A DNA stretch of 64,000 bases from Raillietiella orientalis. Its lineage: Eukaryota. The notes under the pieces were generated by a model. The model was not told where the DNA came from. It was given only the letters and a program-made list of their open reading frames with translations, and ran no database searches. The translations under genes were made by a program, and so were the position numbers. The stretch covers positions 682,001 through 746,000 of the forward strand of contig JAYWIR010000038.1 of the NCBI GenBank assembly GCA_036172245.1, read 5' to 3'. Every line of letters starts with the position of its first letter. The stretch's first letter is position 1. This document shows, in pieces, positions 40,579 through 53,700 of the stretch.

Positions 40579-41379
40579 TGTAGAGGATATAGGAAAAGTT
40601 CATCACATTTCATTTTGGATACACAATTTGACGATACAGTAAGAAACGCTTTAGTATCTGATGCTATGTAAAGCATTCCATCACTACGACCACCTCAAAC
40701 AACGTCTGGGAGATTCGGGCAGTTCCTTCATAACCACAGACAAACCACCCTCTGCAACATCACCAGGCAACAGCATCTCCATTTAATTCACTTCACGCCA
40801 CTGCATTTATCTCGGTGACTTCTGCGTCTGTACCAATGCAAACCGTCGAGCCCGCAAACACCGAATTATTATTAAATTTTGCTCAAAAATGGAATTGAAA
40901 AAGAACTTTTGTTACGGAGCATTGGGTTTTCCTTTATTCCAAGGCTTATAATGGGTGACTTTGGGCCCGGCCCCGAAACGCGTTCACACTTGAGCCGTTT
41001 TTGACAGTTGACCTTAGTAGACCTACATTTGACCTTACGCTTTCATCAGGTAAAGACTCCACGGCATATGTGGATTCCTTTGAACGATTTGCTAAATTGC
41101 CGGAACGGGGCATAGGCAAGGGAATGTAATTAACATCATGAGGATTCGTCATGGATCGCACGCGGAGCCATGCTGTAGAATATATCACAGATTAAGAGTA
41201 AGGACAGATCCGAGTAATGGCAACGCATGGAAGTCGGATTCCAGGTGGCGATCGAATGCTTATTAAGGAAGCAGCAAACAAGAACAGAGTTCCATAGTGC
41301 AATTAATCTGTGACTGAATCTTTACTTTATTATATTGGGTGACCTCATAATATTACTCTACATGGAACGCTTCCATGCT

Positions 41380-41900
41380 GAATTGCCGAAAACGCCCCCA
41401 CCACCACTTCCTGCACCACACACGCTCTCCACTCAAACGGCTGTTCCCGAGAGCCGAGTCCGGAAGAGGCATCGAGCGTGCAGGAGCTGCTTGACACAGG
41501 GAAGAGTCTCGACGCACATACTCAATCCCTCTGTGCAAAATTTCGAATTCAGGAGTAAGAAGCATGTCCACTTGGTCAGTTTCATCACATAAGGAACGGA
41601 AAGTGGGAGGTGTGTGGGCGCCAAACCAAACCATCCTAGGAGACGACTTCAATCTCTGTCCCAACCTCGTACTCCAGAAGGAAAGTCACTAAGGACATCG
41701 CTAAGGGCAACGGTGGCAGGATCCCTGGGATCCTGGCCTAAGACTCAAAGAATGACGGCGTGCTCAGGGAGCTTCGGATTTTCCTCGCAGAGGTAGAAAA
41801 CGTGGCGAGGCAAACGACGTGCATCAATATGCAGCATTTACTCGGGGCACCTTGGGTCACTGACCAGGAAGAACAGCTGTCAGAGATAGCAGGATAACAA
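41380..41900 (+). mobile_element. Degenerate RLE-type non-LTR retrotransposon C-terminus (NeSL/Utopia-like)
   Basis: CRSC....THILN knuckle-like motif (~41479-41526). VAGSLGSW (41713-41736) is followed, after a frameshift, by NDGVLRELRI, resembling the GxLGSW..ND..LR.L.I motif at the end of such ORFs. Confidence 0.5.
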
Positions 41901-43599
41901 GATAGTGGAACTGTGGAGAATCGTGCCAACATTTGTTGCAAGACTAAAAAAATTAAACTCCGGCAAACTTCCTTTGTAGATTCAAATTTTCCCCCCCCCC
42001 TTCAATCCATGTGCACGTGCACATCGTAGAACAACTTCTAGACCTGGAGCTAATTCCATGAAAGGCAATATCGTATGGGTGTTCCAGAATCTTCTGGCAC
42101 GGAAAATACATTCTTGCTGCCCATCAAGAGGAGAAACTTTTGGACGTGGTAGTAAGAAATTGGATAATTCAGCAAAGTGTGCTTCCTTGGTCTTTGTTTT
42201 CAGCAACCCAACTGCGATCTAGGACACAGTACCATTTTTTTCCAGTCTGGACACTTTTACACTTCAACTTAAACACTGCTAACTCCTTATAAACAGCAAA
42301 CCTCATTGTTTTTCTTGCCTTTCTCTATCCAATTACAAACCCATCCAAATGACTCGAAACAACTGAGTGGGAACGGAGGCTGCGTTGTTACGCACCTGAA
42401 GTTCAACGCATTCATATTCATCAACCTATTCAACGTATTGGTGTTTGAACCCCCCTGATACTACCTCTTGAAACTTATGAGTATGTACTCATTTGGATTG
42501 TTTGCGGCAGTGGACTCGGAAAATCAGCTCTTATCGATGAACTGCTTTAACTCTTTCGTAACCTTTTCACTTTGTACACTGCCGAGCTACGCTGCGCTCA
42601 TCGGAATACATTGTATTTTGCCGTATAGCAGCAGTTTGCTTTCTTGTATTAAAAAGAAGCTTTTCATAATGTAACACACGTAATGTAACACTCCAAATTT
42701 GAACTCCCGGATCTTTGGTGCATTTTGCTGATTCAACTATACAGATGACGCCTTTTCGTAGACAGCAGAAGTGCAAAATGGACACTGGGCATGGACACTG
42801 GTGTCTCCGTAAGTGTTCTGACTCCCACCGAGTCAAAAAAATTCTAACTTAATTTTCGACTCCCTACAGGTATTTTTCAGCAAATCCGTTTGGAAAATAA
42901 TGAAGAATCGTGAGTGGTTTCAGAAAAATCCCATAACAGGAAGAAGCTGGTGGACACAAATGGAACAGTATTGTGAGAGTTGAAAAAAATACATCTGCTG
43001 ACTACAAATCTTTGAAGGTCGCTCCTTCTCTTCCTGTAGATGGGAGCACGTCTTCAGGCATGAAGTGTTTTCCTTTATCGTACACACCGATGCGTCTCAG
43101 TAAGTTACTTGCATTGTCCGGTATTGGTCGTGGCCTCAAAACGCACTGTCAGCCATCAGCGGGTTGCTAACATTTGTAATGTACATTTTTGTACAATTTG
43201 ATATGTGTTATGAATATCTATCTGCATTTAAAAGAACAAGGAAAACCTTGCCTTTAGTCTTTGAAGAAATATTCCATGCATTTGCAGAGGAGTTTTACAA
43301 TGAAAACTTCGAGTTGTTCTCTTGACAGTGATGAGAGAACGTCTCTGTCAACTCTGATTTTCAATTTGGGGTTCGGAGCCTTTTTCCTTTTCATGGGTTT
43401 TTCTGCGATCGGATGTTCCATCTGTATGAGCTTCCAGATTTGGGGTTTTAGGAGTAATATTCACAGTAATTTTTTTTTCATGCGTACGTTCAAAGAAGGG
43501 TCCCCCGAAATGTGCCTATCTTTTGATTTGTACAACTACTAGATGAATGAGAAGCCGCGGCGCGAATAACCATCACTGTCCACCTACCTAGAGAAATGT

Positions 43600-44580
43600 G
43601 CACGCGAGATGGAGGAAGAGAGATACAGACTATCGAATTCACTGCAGAGCAAAGCATGGTTTCGGAACATTAAGGGAGTCCTTCCTAGGTCCGTGCCTTC
43701 TCGACTGAGGATTCGCTCGTGTTGGTCTTTACTCTTTGGTGCGATGCTGCCCTCCTCGCCACGCAGAAGCGATGGCACCGTGTGTGATGGAGGATCGCTC
43801 GTTTCCATCTGCGTTTCTCCATTGAATGCCATCAGGTCGTTGCAGGCACCGAAAGCGGTCACGCGTTATGCATTTTGGATGCCTCCAAAATGGACTCCAG
43901 GCAATTAGCGGAAGGAAACCTGCGGGCCGAGGGGCGTACCCTTTTCAGCTGCCGCTTTTGCGAAGATAAGGAAGAGTTCTGTGACCCCCCACCTGGTCGC
44001 TGTGGTTGGTCCACAGTGCGCCGGTTCCCTTGGCCGCTTGTGCCACCGCCTGTGCCATTTTGGAGGCACAGGTTGCAGTGCAAACAGAGGCGATTGCGCT
44101 GCGTCTTTTAGGACCAGCCACTCATCCCCCTTTCCTGGGAAGCAGCTTAGCGGGCGAGCTGATGGTAAACGCGTGACATCCCAGGGATGCAAAACTGAAT
44201 CGCATTGCAGCTAGCCAAGTAATCGACAAAATAATTTGCTTTGGTTTTGAGAACCTCACCTGGAATGAACTGAAAGCTCTATTTCTTGTCCCGAAACAGT
44301 AAGAGCGTTACTGTGTACATCGCATACATCACGTTGCCCGAAACCACCGTTGAGAAAGACGTGGCCAAAGAAGACCACCCGTACCGTCTTCGTCGACGAC
44401 AACATGCAGGGAAGATGACCCATGTCCGCGACGCGCAAAACGGTGAAAGTGGAACAGAAGCTTTTGGAATGTTGAGACCGCATTTGATGATGCTCGGTCT
44501 AGCGAGGCTTCCGTTTATGGGTGAGAGAAAGACCTATAACTGGGAATCCGTTAAAGATGATGACCTAATCCAAAATTAGA
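43600..44580 (+). mobile_element. Degenerate RLE-type (R4/Dong-like) LINE C-terminal fragment
   Basis: CRFCEDKEE..T.HLV knuckle-like motif (~43949-44000). Downstream TVYIAYITLP resembles the RLE (I)IDVTVP strand. Heavily frameshifted. Confidence 0.35.
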
Positions 44581-46317
44581 GCGACGCGTGAGAACTCGAG
44601 CACCCACACCCAGGTGCTTGGAAAAAAGAATTTCTTCTCGCTTAAATCAGGGGACCATGGTAGCTTAAGATGAATTTCCCTGGCTCCAAGGAATTCCCCG
44701 TCAACCGATTCCTTCAGGAAGATCCCAATGTGGTAACTCTCTCACCTACTGAGTCACCTACTCGGTTTTTCCGCTCTCAGCTTCCCTTACTGACAGAACC
44801 AAATCACTTCAGGGTCACAGATTCGAGCAGTGCTGCTCAGCACTCGACCATGTTCTCGGGACAGTCAACATCCCGCGATCCGTGGAGCGCATCGTCCACT
44901 GAGAAAACCTATCGTCTCTCATGCTTTTTGACCCGTCCTCTTGTATGCTGCAGTCTCGGAGTGTTGAGGAATAGCTTAGTGGGGTGTTTTTGTAATGGGC
45001 GAGAAGCCGATCTTTGTGAGATTGAGCTGAAGAGCTTCCCTGTTGATGATTCCGTAATGAGGATCAGCTGCAGGGGTCCTTGGTGATTCAGCCTGCAGCA
45101 CACTGCCCCCACAAACCGATCACCGTGTTTCACACCACGTATTGATGCTGTGCGTGTGTTTGTTAACGTGTCATGGATACCGCGTGCACCACACAAGTCG
45201 GGCCACCTGTGAGCAGCATCGAGAAACATTCTTCCACCCGATTGAGAAACCCCCAAAGAATAGCTGCAGCGGTCATGTAATTTCGCATCCTAAGCTGCTA
45301 TTTCCTTCTTCATTGGCAGTAGTGTTTTCCATTTCTTGATGTTGGTAGTTTTCGAGTCTTGAGCCACTGGCAAAATAGTCAGGAATGCCTTCTCCTTGGA
45401 TAGAGGGATATACATGAAGAAGGAGGTAATTGGAAAACTGGTGCGAAGATGGCAGCACCAGAACAACGGATGGGAATACGGTGACTGACTTTACTACTTT
45501 ACGAAAGCAAGGATGCCAAGCCACTAAGAGAAAGAATGAAACATGAGACCAGTACGCTCTCCACCCCTTTAAATGCTGAAGTGATGATGATTTCAAGGAG
45601 AAATGGTTGTTGTCGTTTTCTCTTTTCGAGCATTTGAGAATGACACTGTATTCATGGCAACGTATTCGTCTAATTTTAACAAAACGTGGCATCTTCTCCT
45701 GCAAGCTCTCCATGAATCTTTTGAGGATGCAAAAACGAAGCGATCTCCAGATCATTGATTGCAAATAGCAATGAACAAACAGAAGCTGCAGTCGAGTTTT
45801 AGGAAAAAAACATAATATAAACATGTACCGCGCTCAAAGTAATTTAAAAGCGTAATTTTACTTAGAGTGATTTTACTCTGTCGTCAAACCTCAAAAATCT
45901 GCCTTCTCCCTGATGGCATTGTACATTATCGAAGGTCATACGAGGATGCTTCAGATCGCAACGAGCAACTAACAGCTTTCTTTCTCTATCTATCTGATGC
46001 AATTAAACAGGTTTCATTTAGTTTCACAGATTTTCGCTTGGGCAATAATAATATGAGGAATTCCAGAGATCACGTTACGTTCCTGCCAATTTCTAATGAA
46101 ATGTATCTTGATAAAGAGCGCTTGGAACACTCCTGAAGAAAATCTGGAGGATGCGAATCTATTAACAGTAGCATGATCAAGACGAGTGTTGAGCATTCAT
46201 CTGCACCAACTCCTTGAGAAAACATGGATCTTTCCATACGAAGACTTTTTTTTATCCCTATCAAAGTGAGTCGGCGAGCCTCATAAAATAGGTAATGTTT
46301 GTTTCATAGCCGTTTAT

Positions 46318-46645
46318 GCAGCGAGGTGGCTCCATTGGCAGAAAGGAGTTGCCAGGGAGATTGCCTGCATTCTGCGCAGGCACTAGGAAGAAGAGAAAGT
46401 TCTAGACCCTAAAATTTTCCACTTATTTTATTCGTTGATTCATTGACTTATTTATTTATTTGCCCTTTTCTCCACCGTCCCCTCCGCCCCGGACTGCCCC
46501 TGTAATCGACCTGCGTGTCGTCGAACCCTCCCTACGCACCGTTGTTTGTTTCACTTGGCAACTCGCTTCCCAAGTACTTGTAGGTTTATTTTAAAAAATA
46601 AAATAACATAAAAAAACAAAGAAAAATCAAAATAAACGTCTCCGC
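46318..46645 (+). mobile_element. Very short subfamily-A-like LINE 3' end
   Basis: VAREIACILRRH* (compare VRTEISAIQRRF*), CGAC-CTGCGT-GTCG hairpin at 46507-46520, CTTGGCAAC..TTCCCAAG hairpin, AATAAACGTC at ~46631. Confidence 0.7.
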
Positions 46646-46684
46646 GTGATCTTCGCATCCCGGATCTCCGGTCCATTCATTTAG

Positions 46685-47134
46685 AGTGAACAAATGAAAT
46701 TGTAAAGTCGTGAACAGAGAAGGAACGACATCGACCGGCGCGATACCAAAGGGGCTGCCCTCGCAGGGGACAGAACTGGTGAGGAGTGCAGGGAAACAAC
46801 AGATAAATAAATAGGGAACGGAATGGACCGGGTCTGACTGTATTTCACTGGACTCTCGAGGGTCTCAGTCGGCAAGGGAAGGGGTGGAAGGGTGCTCTCA
46901 TCGGTTCGGGGGTGAGCCTTCCCTCGTACCTCCCTTCCCAGATTGGGCCATCCCAAGGCCCTCAACAGGCAGGCGGTAGCGGTTGACGATGGGCCCTCCA
47001 GGATGTCCACTCATTCTTCCCCCGTTTTGGAGGCAACTGCCGCTCATGAGCGCAGAAGAGGGACGCCAGCGACAAGGCGAACGGCAAGTCTGGAGGCGTG
47101 GACTCCTCTCCGGAGGGGTCTTCAGGAGCGGCAT
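46685..47134 (-). mobile_element. LINE ORF2 end plus 3'UTR, further subfamily (D)
   Basis: LGWPNLGREVR resembles TRWPHLGNLQ of subfamily B. UTR motif CCGGTCCATTCCGTT also appears (one mismatch) at 41-55. Confidence 0.45.
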
Positions 47135-49230
47135 CGTTTATCAGCCGATTGCGCCAGGGGGTTTATTCGAAAGAACTGAACAAACTAAACAGGAACTGAG
47201 TTCCCAGACTGAGGTACAGGAAGTTCAAGGGTAGGGCTCCCCGACACGCAGGTCGGGAACTCCTAAAGTCCTGAACGGGAGGGAGGGGACCACAAATAAA
47301 TGTTTAAAAGAATACAAAAAAGATATGGGGGGGGGACAGAGGTCTTTGGCTTCAGCAGTTCCTTCGTTTCAGAACCGGCGCTGAATGCATGCGAGATCCT
47401 TCCTTGCCTCTTTACTGAGCTGAGACCACCTAACAGCCGTCCTCATGCTGGCGGCTGCAATCCAGGTGACGTCTGTTAGGACCGCTCACGACTCCAACAG
47501 GTGGCGGGCCATGAGGATGGTGTAGATGCGACAGATCGTTGCGATGACCGCGCATGGAGAGAGACCGCGACGCGTAAGAAGCGGCGCATGGCGTCGATGG
47601 AGGTGTCCCCCTGGTGCAGAAGCGCCGAAGGCAGCCTCCTCCACAGTCCTTGGAGGGCACCGCAGTCTAAGAGCAGGTACAGGAGCGATTCCACCACTCT
47701 GTCCCTTCTGCAGTTCGGGAACGAGTCGCCTCCCCGAACTGCAGAAGGTGCGCCCGCTGGTCGCGATGGAAACCCCACCGCAGCAGCAGAAGCACGTCCT
47801 GTTTCCATAGAAGGGGGAACACAGAAGTGTCCATGCACGAGGGAGGGACCACAAGTTCTTCAGGGGGCACACTCAAGAGTTCGCACCACTGAAGGAGTCC
47901 CTTTGAGCAATGACGAGGAGTGGCGACCTCTTCCAGTTCGCTCGTCTTCCAGCTGCCCAAAGGTCTTGTTTCTCCAGCAAGAGTGCAGGAGACCTCCTAT
48001 TCCGCCGGTAGGTAACTGTCATCGTTTGCCTTTAGGCAAGACAGAACTGCAGCAAGGGGCGTGGAGGTCAGGCGAGTCCACTTGTCCTGGTCCTGCAACA
48101 CATCTTCCAGCGAACAGCTTGGGAGACGCCTCACGCAAAGAAGTTCCACGAGCGTCACTTCCTGATGCGTTACCCAGGATGACAACGCCTCCTGCTTCAG
48201 GAGTTAAAGTTCATCGGGAGGCACCGTGGAACTGAAGTGCGCCTCAGAGATCCGAGTGCGTGCCCACCCTCGAAGCAGCCTTCCGCGCTCCAGCTCCGGG
48301 GGCGGGAGAGTCTCCTCTGCCCCGTGGCGGCATTTCTGGCTTCGGGAGAGCTCTCAGTGCGCCGACAAGATGGCGGTCCGCTGGCACCGAAGAGAAGGAG
48401 GACGGAGGAGCCCACCGGTAAGCACGGGATCTCGAAGTTCTCCCTGAGGATCCCAGGATATTCAACACATCCTCGGAGATACCGAGGATGCTCTTCTGGG
48501 AGCTCCGTGGTGGTCTCCTTCGCTGGGAGCGTGGTCTTCAGCTGGCCTATGGACTTGGCGACCCTGTGGATACAGCAGGTCACCTCCCACGCCGCAGGAG
48601 CATCTCTATCTCAAGGATGGAGTAATGGACTCACAGCGCCCGTCGATGATCGCTGAGGTCTGGGGAGCAGGCCAACATAGTCTGGCACCCCTTCCAGGAG
48701 AGGATTCCCTAGCCGATAATGGGGCTGCTGCTCGGAAGGGTCGTACCTTCCGCCCGCATCCATGTTCTTAGTGATTCCCGCCGCCAAGCCTACTCGTGCA
48801 GCGGGCGGCAAGATGGCCACTCCCTGCGGGATGATGGGGTGAAAAGAGGATGTGCAGATATGTCCTTCGTATCTGCCGACGGCGAAGGTCCCGTTGCAAT
48901 CCGACTGAAGATGGAACCTTCCAAGCAGCGCTCCTCTGTGTGGATCGTTTGATGCTGCGTTTGGTTGATCCACCTCCGCAGTCTCGGATTCCGGGTTCCT
49001 CGCTCGACTGCACCTTGGAAGTCCCAATTCGTCCGAAAGGAGTTCTTTGTCCACTGCCGCTCTGAGCTCGTGGAGTGGGATGAGCATTCGTTTTTCGTGT
49101 AAGAGGTGGAGGGTCCGAGATCTCAAGCAAGATGCCATCTAAAATTCCAGGAGCCCCAATGAGGAAGCAAAGGCTCAGCAAAAAGAGAAGGTCGGTATGG
49201 CGATGCTCAGAATATTTGGAAAATCACGAG
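47135..49230 (-). mobile_element. 5'-truncated L1/Tx1-like LINE, subfamily A copy 3 (post-RT ORF2 plus 3'UTR, frameshifted)
   Basis: Collinear with 10858-11960 (WCELLSVPPEELVVPPSCMDTSVFPLLWKQDV). RRF* stop at ~47369. Same 3'UTR hairpins. Terminus AATAAACCCCCTGGCGCAATCGGCTGATAAA. Confidence 0.8.
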
Positions 49231-49399
49231 TCCTGTTATGCCTTGTGAATCAAAAAAGTTCCCTTCTGTGAAGAAGAAACCGAGGATTAGCATTTTTTTT
49301 TTTTTTTTCAAACAAAAATACACCTTTCCTTTCTTGATATGAAAGTAGCGCTTGTCTTGCCACCTCTAAAATCACAACAGAGCCATGAGCTGTTGTGAT

Positions 49400-49850
49400 T
49401 TTGGAGACTGTAGAGACTTCGGGACGTGAGCTTACCTCCACTTTGCCATCTCCAAGGCCAGGGAGACCAGTGCCCGTGTGGATGCTGAGATCCCCGCACA
49501 TGGAACCACCCCACAACACCACCAAGCGTGGTGGGTTCGAGTTCCTCCTGCGAGATGACGCTGGTTGGCCTCCATTTATTCAGGTGTGGCGGCACTGGTA
49601 GCGATTCAAACCGGATGCCCCCGATGAATGGCCGGGATTGGGAGTCGACCTCTGGATCCTTCCAGGAAGCAGAATCAAGGAGTTAATTCGGGGTTCCCTT
49701 CCGGTTGTGCAAAGGAGCTATCCCTCTCCCCTTCGGGGGGGGACCCTCCGTCTCGTACCATGGGGCTGGTGGATTGATGATGTCTCTCTCCAGAGAGTGC
49801 AGAGAAGCACGCCGCTCCCTTCGGGGAGCACCCTTTTGAGAAAACTAGGA
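49400..49850 (+). mobile_element. Degenerate LINE ORF2 fragment upstream of RT
   Basis: KPDAPDEWPGLG...PSPLRGGTLRLVP weakly resembles K.PGPDG...S.R.G.I.L.PK. Confidence 0.3.
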
Positions 49851-50099
49851 AGCGTCCCTCGGGGTTCTCTTCAGAGGAGAAGACAGGGAGCGAAAACCCG
49901 AAAAAAAAAGAAAAAAAAGTTGGAAGAAAAGCAGCGAAGACAGGAAAGAACTTTCTCTCCTATTTTGTGAGTCCTACGGGATGAGCAACGCTGCCTTCCC
50001 TTACGAGGAGAGGTCCTCAGGTCGCCCGACGAAAAGGAGGAGCGACCTGCACGACGTCCTGGTTCGCTCGGAGGCTCACCCACTGACTTCTTGGACGGA

Positions 50100-50780
50100 T
50101 GGGAAGTGCCCTCGTGGTTCTCCCCCCCTTCTCGGCCACGTGCCTACCCTCCTCAGGCAGCGCTGGCAGCCCAGGGTCCTTGAGGAATGCTCGGACCGTG
50201 GCGGTCGCCTTGGCGGACATCTCCTCTAGCTGGTAGTTTCTCGTGTCGGGAGCACTTGGCTCCCTCCTTCCTGGACATCCTCGCATCCGGCTGCGTCCCC
50301 ACCCTGCCGCAGCAGCGCCAACACCTCCTTGTGCCCCACGCCCAAGACCAAAAGTTGACAGCGTCCTCACCGTGGCCCCGAATCTCGGGCAGCAGCTTCT
50401 TCCTGACCACGCCCGGCTACACCTGAGGCTGCAAGACCTCAGGTTGTCGGTCACGTGACCTCCGCCTGCCGCAGCGCGTCTCTCAGGACGCCTCTGGCGT
50501 TCGCGCACCTGCCGGCTTTCCTGGCGAAGCGCGGCGGCGCATCGTGGCGAATGTGGAGCTGCTGGGAGAGTTCCACGAGACGAAGATGACCACGTCAGGG
50601 AAAGATTCAGCCTGGGGGCTCTGGGCTTCTTTTCCATCCCTGAGGAGACCCGGGGGCGTGCGGGAGGAAGAACGGGACGAGGTGAGGGCGAGCGGGGAGC
50701 AGCCGCGTTTTCCCTGCTGACCTCCTTCTCCTTCTCTCCAGCCGCGAAAGAAGAAGGAAAGTGAACCGAGTGCTCTGTTC
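50100..50780 (-). mobile_element. Degenerate LINE ORF1 fragment
   Basis: RRCWRC(C)GRVG knuckle remnant at ~50300-50335. GC-rich, with a leader loosely similar to 8700-8745. Confidence 0.45.
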
Positions 50781-53700
50781 CCAAAGGTCTCGAATCTCCA
50801 CCTCCAGAGACGGAATCCACATCGGGATATTCCCAACCGGCAGGCAATCCGACCTTTGGGATTGCAGGACAGGATGGCTGGAACGGAACATTCCGAGGCG
50901 TTTCATTCCCAAATCTTTCCCTGAAAACGACCAGTTGCCAATTGTGCTGGCAACATGCACTCCGACGCCCGCAGATCGGCATTCGGGAAACGGGAGGCTG
51001 TTTCCACGGCTCCACATCTCCCGAGTGGAGTACCCTGGGGGACGAGCGCTGCTCAATGGAAAATCACTTGGCTTGTGAAAATGGAGCAATCAATTCTTTC
51101 TCCCGTTTTTTCCTTCAATCATCCCGGTTTAGAAACACCTCAGCGCACGCTCGGTTGCCAAGCGATTGCTTCCCCGTCTTGAGGAGTGAGTTCGTCACCC
51201 TTGCATCAGGCACTCGCGCAAGCCCCGTTCTCATGAAGTTAAAGAAAGCAAAAGGAAACAAGAAGGAGCTCTCGTTTCCATGGAGAATCCTTCTAGAGAG
51301 GATGATTTTTTTTTTACGGCAGGGTGCTGCTTCATAGATCATCCTTCCTGATCTTTATGATTCTCAACTAAAAACTCCCCAACCAGGACGACAGCTGACA
51401 TCACAAGAGCAAAAATGGACATGAATTTGTGATTTTCCTTGTTCTGACGTTTCACCATGCAAGATATGGAGGAGGCTGTTACCTCGCTTTCGCAACGGCT
51501 ATCTGAAGCCATTTTATTGCTGCAGTCCTATATTATGTATTCATTGCTTATTAATCTTCTGTGTTTTCGCTGCCTTGCATTTCTGCGAGTAATTACTAGC
51601 GCTCATTCTTGTTTCATCTTGACTTTACCCTCAATTCGATTGCTTCTAAAGCACGTTCGCAAGACCTGCATGCAGGACCCTACGAATGCTTTCCCCATAC
51701 GAAGCCCTATTTCTTATCCAAAACCTGAATGTGCATGAGTTCCTCACTGATGGCACTTTTCGAAGGGATAAGAAAGCGTGATCCGGGGGTGCATCTGTGG
51801 GCTCAGCAAAATAAAAGAGCAACCTCGCGAGGGAAACTCCGAAAAGGTTTCCCACCATTCTTTCGCATGTTGGCATATGCGTGCAGCTGTACGTACATAG
51901 ATGATGGGAAGACATCTTTTCATCATAACAAGTCATTCGTGTTTTAATCCATCATGGAATCGGAAACTCTGAGCAAGTGTTGGGCACTGAGGCAGAGTTT
52001 CTTTTAGAAACATGGACAGCTCTGCCAAAAAAAAAAAGGCTTTATCTGAGAGCAGTTCACAGCGCTGATTAGTCATTAAACGAAGAAACCAATGCTTGTG
52101 ATCTTGGAAAGAACTAAATCCAATATAACATTATACCAATGCGTGCGAAGTACAAACTCTTTGCTTGAGTACTCTTTCAGTCCAGTCAAAGATATACTCA
52201 TCCGCAACATATGAGACCTTCACCAGGTACCTTCGCTGAGTTGCACATTTCCTTATGGTATTTGGTGCCAAACAGTAGAGAGTCACGTGTGCAGGCTTCC
52301 TAAGCAAAAGACGGATCTCCTTCTTCAATGTTTAGCTTAGTGCCTTTTGCATCAACATGAGCTGGAATGAGGTTTGAAGAAGGTGAAGAGGGTTTGAAGA
52401 ACGAGGTAAGAAGTGAAAGACTTCTTCGCTACTCATTTGCTGGACAAGCAAATGCGAATCCTGGTTGTGCATATGTAACAGCGTCCTCATAAATATTTCA
52501 CTCATTCATCTCATAACACGGTGCCATAATGTCTTGCTACTCTACATTTTCCATATGAGCAGCAGGGTAATGCACGAGCCCATAACAATTCACCGCAAGA
52601 TCCCGCACTGATCTGATGCTGACTTCGCCTCAGGGATCATGGCCCCAAAATAGGCCCAAGTTGCATTGTGCAGAAGACCTCATTCGGACCTATCCAACCT
52701 ATACATGACTATTTCTCTATACTGAAGCCCAAGCCTATCTGACAAGGACTTGTCCCGCTGCGTTGTTCAGCTCTCAGCTGTTCACCTTCCCTGAGGAGGT
52801 GAAAAAAAAAATAGGCCGTGACAATGCTTTGCGGTGATCGACGATCCCACATCAGGATTTTGTTGATAGCAAAGATGCCCTCATCTTCTGTGGTCCCAAG
52901 CGGAAGTGAAGAAAGCTTTGAGTTTCGCTCATATACTTCTCTAATTGACATTCAGATACGATGACTCATTTCATGTCTCCTTCCATGTCCCGGTTTTTTT
53001 ATGGATCTGTTCCTCAACACAAGGTGACATCTTTTCAGTCCGTTTTCAAGGTAGTCACCATCTTTGGCCTTTATATCCGCCTCGTAGATTAGAAACACTT
53101 TCCCAATGGGCAGATGAAGTCCCCGTCCTTGCACATCATCTTCTACTCGCCCTCTGATCTCTGCCTTTCGGATTGAATCGACGTCTCCCATCGATGTCGA
53201 TTGGGTACTTATTTTCAACTGGGTTCCGCATTCTCTTTTGTTCGAGGGTGCCGTCCTCTAGGCAAACAGAGGGAGGTGGTGGGGTAGCACTACGCTCGGA
53301 TGGTCAGAAGAAAATAACCACATCGGCATCCTTATTGAGAGCAGTGTCAAATACTCAGGTGCGCTGGATGAAGAATGAAAATTTTTACCTATGACGGAAG
53401 AATAAGTATTTCGGACGCATGCTTCATGTGAGAGAGTAAGCTTCACAGGATCTACTTTCCTTAGGAGATGTCCACTACCAAAGTGGGAACGAATTCAGCC
53501 GTGGATTTCTTACAAGAACTCTAGTGACGTAAGCACTGCTTCAGAGAGCCAGAGCTCATCGCCCTTTTCAGTTTGCACTGCTAACCTGAACAGTTTCAAC
53601 TGCTCATCTCTTTTTCTGCATAGCTCACAACTTTGCTGCTACAATGTTTGGAGATTCTTCTTTCGGTCGAGCTACTGACATGACCAACATCTTCTTGGGC

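Noticed and set aside
1100..49850. Idea that the LINE family is naturally RT-less
   Set aside because: No YADD motif was seen, but degenerate RT-upstream and post-RT motifs exist. Truncation and deletion are sufficient explanation.
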